In this document: one piece after another, positions 7,461-15,220 of the stretch
Numbering within the stretch: position 1 is the first letter of the stretch
How the letters are laid out: each line of letters begins with the position of its first letter
Assembly: GCA_041738615.1 (NCBI GenBank)
Contig: JBGSPL010000002.1
Coordinates: 10,654-74,653, forward strand
Reading direction: 5' to 3'
Length of the DNA: 64,000 bases
Origin: Patescibacteria group bacterium
GTDB taxonomy: Bacteria > Patescibacteriota > CPR2 > UBA1875 > CAIMLA01
The notes under the pieces: model-generated
Databases searched by the model: none
What the model was told of the DNA's origin: nothing
What the model saw: the letters and a program-made list of their open reading frames with translations, nothing else
Made by a program: the position numbers and the translations under genes

Positions 7461-10158
7461 CTACATAAACTCCTACATGTATGTGGTTCGTATGTCCAGC
7501 AAGTGTCTGGGCAGAATAGTTGAAGGGTTTTCCGTTCCTTAAATTGTATTTATTTGCACTAACCCCAATCGCTGTATTCTTGTATATTAGTTCATCAATA
7601 CTGAGCTCATCAGCATGTGCATATGCCCAAGGCATTAGGGTTTTAGCCACGCTCTCATCACCTATATCGAAGGCGAGACCAATCCAGTGGAGGGTACCAG
7701 GCTTGTGTCCTGTTTTCATGACGGAAATTTCTAGGGGTCCTTTGTCCTTACTATCCAGGTAGTCTGCCATTTGCAGGGCGGTACGGATTGTTTGGGCTCG
7801 TACCTTACCGTTGGCAACATCACCGTCAATGTCACCTATGCTTTGTTTGGTGATTTTACCGACTTTACGATATTTTTTCCAAGTCTTGCGAAGCTCAGTG
7901 ATATCGCCGTCTAACGCTGCAGGATTATCCCCTGAGTCGTCTGTAGTATCGGTATCTACTTCCTCGGCGCAGTTATTATTTACAGCGGTACCTCCAGCCG
8001 CAGTAGGGTCCTTCCCATCAACGACGCGAACATGGAAGTGGTCATCATGTTGAGATAGTAGAGACATCTTTCCGGGGAGTTTCTTGTCGTCAGCATATTT
8101 ATTAACAGCGGTAACCACGGCTTGGTCGTAATAGAAGATAGTGTCTATAACGCCGGTGTCGATAAAGTCCTTTCCTAGCTCTATGGCGAGAGAGCGTTCG
8201 TAGTTTGAGTTATTTGAGTGACCCGGTAATGACATGAATAATTTACCTCTTGAGTAGATGTCTACGTCTATACCCTTTTTGTGACTTTTGTGTCCGGGTG
8301 CGTTCAGGTCTCCAACTCCAAACTTCTCCTCAGGGTGTTTGCTTGACCAAGTCTGCCCAACGGCAAGAATGGTATTAACTAGAGTTTTGCCTCCCCATTG
8401 CTGTGAAGGAGGTGAACCACCGTTGACGTTACGTTTGTAAAAGCTTGACTTTGGTAGCTGGTAGTAACCACTAGAGTTGGCTTTACCAAGGTCGTTTACA
8501 GTTGCTCCAGATTTTGGAAAGTATATTTCGACCCCGTCTGCTATCGCTATAGCTACTTTCTTTTGGTTTGAAGCGTCACCAATAAAGTCAGCGTCTTTTT
8601 TAACCTTCAAGCTAGCCATCTCGACTAAAGAAGTTGGGATGTTATATGTATAACCGAACCCGGCATTTGAAGGGTGTTCGCGGACTTCGCTTGGGTAAGC
8701 TGACCCGCTTGCATATGTTAACTTCGCAGCATCAAAGGCCTTGTTTAGGGCTTTGGCAAAACCGTTATCTTGTGAGATGGTTGAGTCTTTGCGTCTCGCG
8801 AAGTACTCTCCGTTAGCGCCTTTGGTGTCCCATTTATTCTTGATTACATCTGGGTTTGATCTGTAAAAGACAATGCCATCTTTGGGACCATTGCCGTCAT
8901 TGTGCAGCTTTATGATTGCGGTTGCATTCTTCTGTTTAGCTAACTGCCCTCGATCGTAGTTACTCATAAAGGTGTCAGCATTGTCTTTAGTAAGGATGGC
9001 GTCGTAGCCCCTGCTCTGTAGTTCGGTTTGAAGATAGTTGGCGACCTTTTGGTTAACTTCTCTTTCTGAGACACCATGGCCGGAAGTACCAGAGGTAGCG
9101 CCTGTTTTGCTTCTTAGCCAGTTTGCTAAGTCGTTGGCGTAGTCAGCAATCGAATTAGAACTGTCTAACTCACTTGGGTGTCCAGGATCAATAACTATAA
9201 CACTGCCATTAGCGGCATCTGCGCTTGCCTCGTCGCACTTTGTTGTTGGAAACGCCGCCGCCAGAGTTTGAAACATGAATAGCGTGAGGAAGAAGATAAT
9301 TATAGCGATAACGATAGAGACAACAAGTCCCCAACCACTGCCCAGAAATGCTGCAATACCGACCACAGTTTCAGTTTCAGCTGCTGCAGTTGCTGCTGCT
9401 GCGGCAGCCGTTTCCGCTGCAGCAGCACCCTCGGCGGCTTCTCCTAGCTTTGCGGCTTCGCCTCCGAGCTCTGCAGCCTTGGAGATGCCTGGACCTTCGG
9501 GCTTGGCTGGTCCCCCGGGGCCACCTTCCTTTTGGAATTCGGGGAGGTCGCTCTTTGCATCTGCGTCTTCGCCGATGCCCGGCTCTTCGTCGTCAGCTTG
9601 CTCTGCCTCCTCAGCGCGGTCCATCAGGTCGTTCTTATCGGCGTAGTTCTGCCGAGCGGCAGGGTCGGACGCTAAGTTGTAGCCGTCATCTGACTCCTCG
9701 GGCTTTACCGTCTCGTTGGGGTCGGTACTGCCAGCATCTTCTCCCGTATCTTCATCTTCTCCACCTGGAGCTTCCCCGTTTTCGGCTTCTTTCCCTTCCG
9801 CATCTGGTCTTCTGGTCTTACCGTCAGAGCGGTCTTTGCCTTGGCCGCTACCAAGGGGGTCTATCCAGTTGAAGGCGGGGCCGCCCGCTCCACCACCGAG
9901 ATAGTTTTCTAGTCCTTGCTGCTTCGCCCAGGACTTGTCGTCCATCAGGTCATGAGCAGCCCGATCGTCGGTTCCTGCTCTACGCCTATCCTTGGCACTG
10001 GTAAAACCTTCACGGCGAAGCTGACGTGCGGCCCAATCATGGGCATCATGCCAAACCTTGTCATCCATATGCTTACGAGGTTGGCCAATTAGCTCAGGAT
10101 GCCCCATGCCCCTGAGTCTTTCGTTGAACCAATAATCGTAATTTTTGTTGTTTACCAT
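7453..10158 (-). CDS. T4SS-associated bitopic cell-wall hydrolase: MurNAc-L-Ala amidase domain plus two LAS/M15-type metallopeptidase domains
   Basis: Acidic low-complexity and poly-Ala N-terminus, then a TM helix. An amidase_3-like motif follows (VIVIDPGHP...AIIKLHNDG). Two H-x6-D...H-x-H blocks follow: HKKGIDVDIY...HDDHFHV and TLHWIGLAFDIG...HTNHIHV. Confidence 0.65.
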   Translation of the reverse strand: MVNNKNYDYWFNERLRGMGHPELIGQPRKHMDDKVWHDAHDWAARQLRREGFTSAKDRRRAGTDDRAAHDLMDDKSWAKQQGLENYLGGGAGGPAFNWIDPLGSGQGKDRSDGKTRRPDAEGKEAENGEAPGGEDEDTGEDAGSTDPNETVKPEESDDGYNLASDPAARQNYADKNDLMDRAEEAEQADDEEPGIGEDADAKSDLPEFQKEGGPGGPAKPEGPGISKAAELGGEAAKLGEAAEGAAAAETAAAAAATAAAETETVVGIAAFLGSGWGLVVSIVIAIIIFFLTLFMFQTLAAAFPTTKCDEASADAANGSVIVIDPGHPSELDSSNSIADYANDLANWLRSKTGATSGTSGHGVSEREVNQKVANYLQTELQSRGYDAILTKDNADTFMSNYDRGQLAKQKNATAIIKLHNDGNGPKDGIVFYRSNPDVIKNKWDTKGANGEYFARRKDSTISQDNGFAKALNKAFDAAKLTYASGSAYPSEVREHPSNAGFGYTYNIPTSLVEMASLKVKKDADFIGDASNQKKVAIAIADGVEIYFPKSGATVNDLGKANSSGYYQLPKSSFYKRNVNGGSPPSQQWGGKTLVNTILAVGQTWSSKHPEEKFGVGDLNAPGHKSHKKGIDVDIYSRGKLFMSLPGHSNNSNYERSLAIELGKDFIDTGVIDTIFYYDQAVVTAVNKYADDKKLPGKMSLLSQHDDHFHVRVVDGKDPTAAGGTAVNNNCAEEVDTDTTDDSGDNPAALDGDITELRKTWKKYRKVGKITKQSIGDIDGDVANGKVRAQTIRTALQMADYLDSKDKGPLEISVMKTGHKPGTLHWIGLAFDIGDESVAKTLMPWAYAHADELSIDELIYKNTAIGVSANKYNLRNGKPFNYSAQTLAGHTNHIHVGVYVDE

Positions 10159-10228
10159 ATTCTTATTCCGTTAGGAAAATCGGTTTTATGTAGTTTACTG
10201 TCAGCGTTTATTCTTGCTGTTAAATTAC

Positions 10229-11212
10229 TCACGGTTTTCCTCCGCCGAGCCTTAGAAGTTTACCGACATAGCTGTCTCCGGAAAAATAAACAACCCCACT
10301 ATCGCTTAGCCCAAATAGCTTGTAGTAATCGATATTATTAACCCCATAGTTTATTTGGTATGTTGTGCTGTCCTTAGCTAGATAAATATAGTCTTTCTTG
10401 TATTGTGAATAGATAAAGCAGTTTGCACCCGCGGCGAACTGGTCGGAGGGAGTAATATTAATTTTCGAGGGCGCGTGATTAGCAGGGAAAAGTCTGATTG
10501 AACTACTGTCGGCATATATTAGGCCACCGTTATCAAATATTCTGATGCGGCTTGACTCAGCAAACTTTTGTTCCAGTACCCTTATTGTTTTCAGCTTTTC
10601 ATCATATATCGTGACTTTCCCATTGATGTAATCTGCGAAACTTCCTCCAGCAGTCGAAAGTATGGGGGGATTGCTTGATAATTTAGTGCCAGTCTTTTTC
10701 CACTGGTCTCCTGTATGTTGGTATACGTAGTTAGTGCCCAGGCTTAGTATTTGGCTACCGGTTAGCCACGTGAATCCGGGCGCAGAACCTAAAAATATTG
10801 GGAGGTTGTCACCTAGATTATATGTCGCGTAAACCATTGTAGTTTCGGGGTCCTTGTAGTTACTATATCCCTCCAGTGCGGCTGGATCATTAACAATCTC
10901 TAGCAGCACCTTCTGCTTGTCTGGGTACCAGTATAAGTTAGAAATCTCTCCGTTAATAACTTGCTCGCTAATATCTTTCGCGGTCGTTTCTCCATTATCT
11001 ATCTTAGCGAGTGCAGTGTTGCGGAAAGTCATAAATGAGACATCATTGTCCGAGATATTTATGTGTTCCATCTGACCTTCAAGTGAGGTGAGATCTATCT
11101 CGGACGTTACGGTTTGGAGCGGGGCCGTTTTGGTAGAAACCAGATAAGTCATGATAATAACAACGATAATTAATATGGTACTGATAATTGGAATAATAAT
11201 CTTTTTGTTCAT
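10229..11212 (-). CDS. Membrane-anchored T4SS component (VirB8/TcpC-like by size and position; unverified)
   Basis: Single N-terminal TM plus a ~290 aa beta-rich ectodomain. Its ATGA start/stop overlaps the upstream gene. Confidence 0.3.
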   Translation of the reverse strand: MNKKIIIPIISTILIIVVIIMTYLVSTKTAPLQTVTSEIDLTSLEGQMEHINISDNDVSFMTFRNTALAKIDNGETTAKDISEQVINGEISNLYWYPDKQKVLLEIVNDPAALEGYSNYKDPETTMVYATYNLGDNLPIFLGSAPGFTWLTGSQILSLGTNYVYQHTGDQWKKTGTKLSSNPPILSTAGGSFADYINGKVTIYDEKLKTIRVLEQKFAESSRIRIFDNGGLIYADSSSIRLFPANHAPSKINITPSDQFAAGANCFIYSQYKKDYIYLAKDSTTYQINYGVNNIDYYKLFGLSDSGVVYFSGDSYVGKLLRLGGGKP

Positions 11213-11835
11213 CTGATTACAGTTCCTTCTATCTTGCCCATGACCTTTGACCCGCCATTCAAGCCGCTGCCGCTGTCTAGTTTAAGTTTGTGTTTTTTCC
11301 AGTAGGCTACCATCTCCGGGCAATAATCCACACAGGCAAGGTCAAGTCGGTTCGGTTTGGTTACAGTGGAAGCAAAGTGGTCCCCTACAGGGGTCGCTTC
11401 GCTGTTATTGTAGCCGGGAATAATTATCTTGGCTTGCTTTAGGACTTTTTTGCTATGGATCAGTGGTACAGGAATCTTGTTTATATCAACATGCCCGCCA
11501 GAATGATACTTACTATCTTGGGGGACAGCTATAACACCAGTTGAGACCTTTTTGCCGTTGTACTTACCGATATATCCCGTGGGGCTTGACGAGTTTAGCC
11601 AAACTTTAAGCATAGACCCGCCGCCGTTGTGACCGTTGATACCCCCTTTGCCAGGGTCATAAGTAGTTATCCAAAACTCAACGTCACCGGTAATGGCTGC
11701 AGTATCCGTTTTGTCTTCCACCTCTCCTCCCCCGCCCATTAACCCGACCGTTAGGGCAACGATAAATATTATAAAGACGCTTGAGGCAAAACAGCCCCCC
11801 AGCGTGCAGCCTACCTGTGATTTCCCTCCTGCCAC
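11209..11835 (-). CDS. 3D-domain (MltA/RlpA-like) putative lytic transglycosylase, membrane-anchored
   Basis: N-terminal TM. TTYDPGKGGINGHNGGG...GVIAVPQD...RLDLAC resembles 3D-domain motifs. Weak, by-eye match. Confidence 0.35.
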   Translation of the reverse strand: MAGGKSQVGCTLGGCFASSVFIIFIVALTVGLMGGGGEVEDKTDTAAITGDVEFWITTYDPGKGGINGHNGGGSMLKVWLNSSSPTGYIGKYNGKKVSTGVIAVPQDSKYHSGGHVDINKIPVPLIHSKKVLKQAKIIIPGYNNSEATPVGDHFASTVTKPNRLDLACVDYCPEMVAYWKKHKLKLDSGSGLNGGSKVMGKIEGTVIR

Positions 11836-11838
11836 GTG

Positions 11839-13650
11839 TTATTTTCTCCCGAGTTCGTTCAGCTGTTCTGGGTTTGTGGTAATTAGCAGATCTTCCTGGT
11901 AGCTTGGAGTGACCTTCAGGGCGACATGATTTAGTCCGGCGAAGAAGAGCCCCTCTCCTTTATCTGCGTTCAGAAGAAAGTACTTTTCAGCCGTGGTTAG
12001 ATTGAAGACCCTAGAGATGATATCCGCAGTGGCCGGGTGCTGCTTGAGCAGCAAGGTCAGTGACGAGTTGTTCACAATCGCCCTTCCGTAGCTAGAGCTG
12101 ATAAACTCGTCAACATCCTGGCTGATAGTCGTAAGGCCGAGGTAATATTTACGAGCCCGCTTCGCAATAGAGTAGATAAACTGGGCAGAGTCTTCATATT
12201 TCATCATCAGCCACGCTTCGTCCACGATGAGCATGCGGCGTTTGCGTTCGCTCTTCACGCGGTTCCAGATAAAGTTTAGGATAATGTGCATTGCGATAGG
12301 TCGGAGCTCATCCTCAAGGTCGCGGATAGAAAAGACGATAAACTGATTATCCATCTTGATGTTAGACTGTTGATTGAAGAGCCCCGAGAAGGTACCTGTG
12401 GTGTATTTCTGCATTCTGATAGCCATGGTCTCTCCGCCCTGGATACTGCCAAGAATCTTCTCTAGGTCCCCCATGGTCGGAGGCGTAAGGCCGTGAGTCG
12501 ACGGGTCACTAGTGATACCACGCGAGGCATATGATTCGATAAGCGCACGGTCTAGGATATTGTCTTCTACGGCTGTCAGAGTGCCACCAAGCATGATACG
12601 CACGAGCCCGTGGATAAGTATTACGTTGCTTCGCAAGATGTCTTCACCGTCCTTGGAGCCGCTTGCGGATGTAGGCAAGTCAAATGGGTTTATGCGGTAG
12701 TCGGAGTTCAGGGAGACATTCAGATAACTTCCGGCTACTGATTCGCAGAGCGCCTCGTACTCGTTTTCTGGGTCAATGATGATGACTTCGGTGCCAAACA
12801 TCATAGAGCGCACCGCCTCTAGCTTGATAGCGTAACTTTTACCTGCACCAGACATAGCCAGTACTACCATGTTGGCATTTTCTAGAGTAAAGCGGTCAAA
12901 TAGAACCAAGCTGTTGTTGTGCCTGTTGATGCCGTAGAGCACGCCTTCGTTATTTGAAAGCTCGGAGGAAACAAATGGGAAGCTAGTAGAGAGAGCACCA
13001 GTGTCGAAGTTACGCGAGATATCCATGACATCGTTTCCGAGTGGAAGCCCAGAGTCAAAACAGTCCTCTTGCTGCAGAGTGGCCCTCTTGGTATATACCA
13101 GCATTCCGCCCAGGTTCGTCTCGAGCATGTCGGTAAGCTGGTCCAGCTCCTTCAGCGTTTTTGCATAGAGGTTGATGTATAGAGACATCTTGAAGAACTT
13201 CGATTCGCCGCGTTGCAGTAAATCGCGTAGTTCCTCTACGTCCTGGTAGGCCGTCTGAAGCATAGGATCGCGCACGGCGCCTTTTTCTTGTTGCTCGGAG
13301 TAAGTAGACTGGATTTGTCCTACCTTTGTCCTTAGCTTGTCCATGATCTCCTTATTGTCTATCGGGTAGATAAACATCGAGAGATCGCCTTCGAAGCTTC
13401 CATTGATGATTGGTGAGAGCCACTCGGTATATAGATAGCGAGGATATGTGTAGACAAAGAATGATCGAGCGTAGTAGCCGCCTATTTCTATGTGGTCGAG
13501 CTCCACGTTGATGCTGGAGGGCGCGATGATGTCACGCAGAGTGGCCATACCTTCACGATAGACGCGCTCTGCCTCGAGCTTGCGGGCTTCGTTTGCCTCC
13601 CTGGCCTGCTTTTCCGCTGCAGACTTGGGGTCAAAGATATTATCAAGCAT
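11839..13650 (-). CDS. virB4: VirB4/TraE-family T4SS ATPase, C-terminal ATPase part
   Basis: Walker A LAMSGAGKSY and Walker B MLIVDEAWLM. The likely start is the ATG at 13648-13650 with an AAGGAG SD, overlapping the stop of the upstream ORF. Confidence 0.85.
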   Translation of the reverse strand: MLDNIFDPKSAAEKQAREANEARKLEAERVYREGMATLRDIIAPSSINVELDHIEIGGYYARSFFVYTYPRYLYTEWLSPIINGSFEGDLSMFIYPIDNKEIMDKLRTKVGQIQSTYSEQQEKGAVRDPMLQTAYQDVEELRDLLQRGESKFFKMSLYINLYAKTLKELDQLTDMLETNLGGMLVYTKRATLQQEDCFDSGLPLGNDVMDISRNFDTGALSTSFPFVSSELSNNEGVLYGINRHNNSLVLFDRFTLENANMVVLAMSGAGKSYAIKLEAVRSMMFGTEVIIIDPENEYEALCESVAGSYLNVSLNSDYRINPFDLPTSASGSKDGEDILRSNVILIHGLVRIMLGGTLTAVEDNILDRALIESYASRGITSDPSTHGLTPPTMGDLEKILGSIQGGETMAIRMQKYTTGTFSGLFNQQSNIKMDNQFIVFSIRDLEDELRPIAMHIILNFIWNRVKSERKRRMLIVDEAWLMMKYEDSAQFIYSIAKRARKYYLGLTTISQDVDEFISSSYGRAIVNNSSLTLLLKQHPATADIISRVFNLTTAEKYFLLNADKGEGLFFAGLNHVALKVTPSYQEDLLITTNPEQLNELGRK

Positions 13651-14380
13651 TTTCTTCTCCTTCGGGATTGGCTGGATTTGGACCGATACCACCAGAGATA
13701 ATCTCCGCTTCAGATCCAGAAATGTCAGTGAGTTTCTCAGAGCTAGAAATGTCAGGGTTGTATATGGAGTAGTACAGCTCTATCAGCTCCTCGGTGTTCA
13801 GCGCTGCACATCGAACCCCGATGCCAGTAAGCCCGTTTATAATATGGTCTACGCGTTCTAGGAGCTCCATCTTCTGCGTTCCAAAGTCAACCGTAGCCAC
13901 GCCTTCTTTCCCTGAGAAAAGATTCTTTACTACGTTCACTTTCTCCGTCCCAGTGGGGTAGAAAGGAACCACCAGAAAGAAGCGTTTCTCCATAATGTTG
14001 GAAAACTGGAGAAGTTCAGCGATAAAGTCGATGTACTGAGTGGTTTGCAATTTCAAAAGCTCATTCGTCTGTAGGCTCAGCTGTTTCTCCAGAGAGTTTA
14101 CATAGGCATCTAGGTGAAGCTGTCGTGATTTTACGTATACCTGTATTGGAAAGCCGAGGGAATTCAGGAAGCTCTGGTACGAGGAAACTATCGCGTTCTT
14201 TTCATCATCGCTCTTTAGGGCAAAGTTTACAGAGGAAACCAAAAGTACGGCCCTCAAAGAACCGTTGCGCATCACGACTACACCTTCTTTGATTTCCTTG
14301 ATCGGAATAAATTGCTGAGTAGACGGTGCCTTTACCTTCTTGTTGTACTTTGTGTCAGACATAACCCTCGCTTCGTACAC
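13643..14380 (-). CDS. VirB4 N-terminal domain encoded as a separate ORF
   Basis: FIPIKEIKEGVVVMRNGSLRAVLLVSSVNFALKSDDEKNAIVSSYQSFLNSL matches the N-terminus of Gram-positive VirB4 proteins (Tn916 Orf16/PrgJ type). Ends in low complexity. Confidence 0.65.
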   Translation of the reverse strand: MYEARVMSDTKYNKKVKAPSTQQFIPIKEIKEGVVVMRNGSLRAVLLVSSVNFALKSDDEKNAIVSSYQSFLNSLGFPIQVYVKSRQLHLDAYVNSLEKQLSLQTNELLKLQTTQYIDFIAELLQFSNIMEKRFFLVVPFYPTGTEKVNVVKNLFSGKEGVATVDFGTQKMELLERVDHIINGLTGIGVRCAALNTEELIELYYSIYNPDISSSEKLTDISGSEAEIISGGIGPNPANPEGEENA

Positions 14381-14446
14381 TCATTTTAGCATAACTAATG
14401 AATACGAAGAAACTCTTATTTAGAAGCATCTTTGTGCGGGGTGAGG

Positions 14447-15202
14447 TTACCCCCTGTCAAATTTCTTGACCTTAGCACTATCGAGCTTTTCCTCTAGTAC
14501 TCGCTGGTTTTCTTGAATTTTATTCAGTGTGGATTCTAGCTTCTTTTCGTCTGCGAGCGAGAGCTTCGAGTATTCAAAGTCGTCCTTGTTGGTTTTCTTT
14601 GTTGCTAGCGTACTTACTGGGGTTTCCTTCTTGTTTTTTTCGACATACTCTTTCGCCTGAGAGATGATAGAGTCCATCATCGGAGCGGCTTCCTCGGTTT
14701 TTGCTAGAACGTCCTTGACTGCCTCGGGCTCCTCTACTTCTTTCACTTCTACGTTAGTCTGCCGGTTCACTGTAGAGTCCATCCCTGCGGCACCACCTGA
14801 GTCCACGACCATGGCTAGCCTCTCGAGACCACTCTTGATCTCGTGAATACTTTTCTTTGCAGCCACGGTTTTTCTAGTATGCGGTGTCTCGTCATGGGTG
14901 GGGATTTCGGGATCGTCGTCCTTGCGCCAAATTCGTTCATGGGGCGCAAACAGGGATTTGACACCGGCCATGATAAAGGTCTCAAACGGACGGTCGTTTA
15001 TTTTCACAAAGGCAAATGCGATACCAACGCATGCTGTTACAAGTGCGAATGGGATAAAGAGGAATTGCAAAGGTCCAACGAAGGCATAGAACTCCAGGAG
15101 TCCCACGCCACCAGCGACCATGACGAACATGAACTGTCTGAGCGTAAGCCCGGCAATTACCTTGTCTTCGATGTCTATGTTTTGGGGGACTTTATATTGC
15201 AT
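14447..15202 (-). CDS. PrgI/VirB3-like small membrane protein with a charged C-terminal extension
   Basis: N-terminal IDIEDKVIAGLTLRQFMF plus a two-TM hairpin typifies the PrgI family. Lies directly upstream of VirB4. Confidence 0.5.
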   Translation of the reverse strand: MQYKVPQNIDIEDKVIAGLTLRQFMFVMVAGGVGLLEFYAFVGPLQFLFIPFALVTACVGIAFAFVKINDRPFETFIMAGVKSLFAPHERIWRKDDDPEIPTHDETPHTRKTVAAKKSIHEIKSGLERLAMVVDSGGAAGMDSTVNRQTNVEVKEVEEPEAVKDVLAKTEEAAPMMDSIISQAKEYVEKNKKETPVSTLATKKTNKDDFEYSKLSLADEKKLESTLNKIQENQRVLEEKLDSAKVKKFDRG

Positions 15203-15220
15203 GGAACCTTAATTTCTGAT

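Noticed and set aside
9275-9904. Plus-strand ORFs (123/174/62 aa) rich in Ala/Pro/Arg inside the hydrolase gene
   Set aside because: They arise from the (GCN)n low-complexity tract encoding the poly-Ala/Gly linker of the minus-strand protein. They are antisense artefacts.
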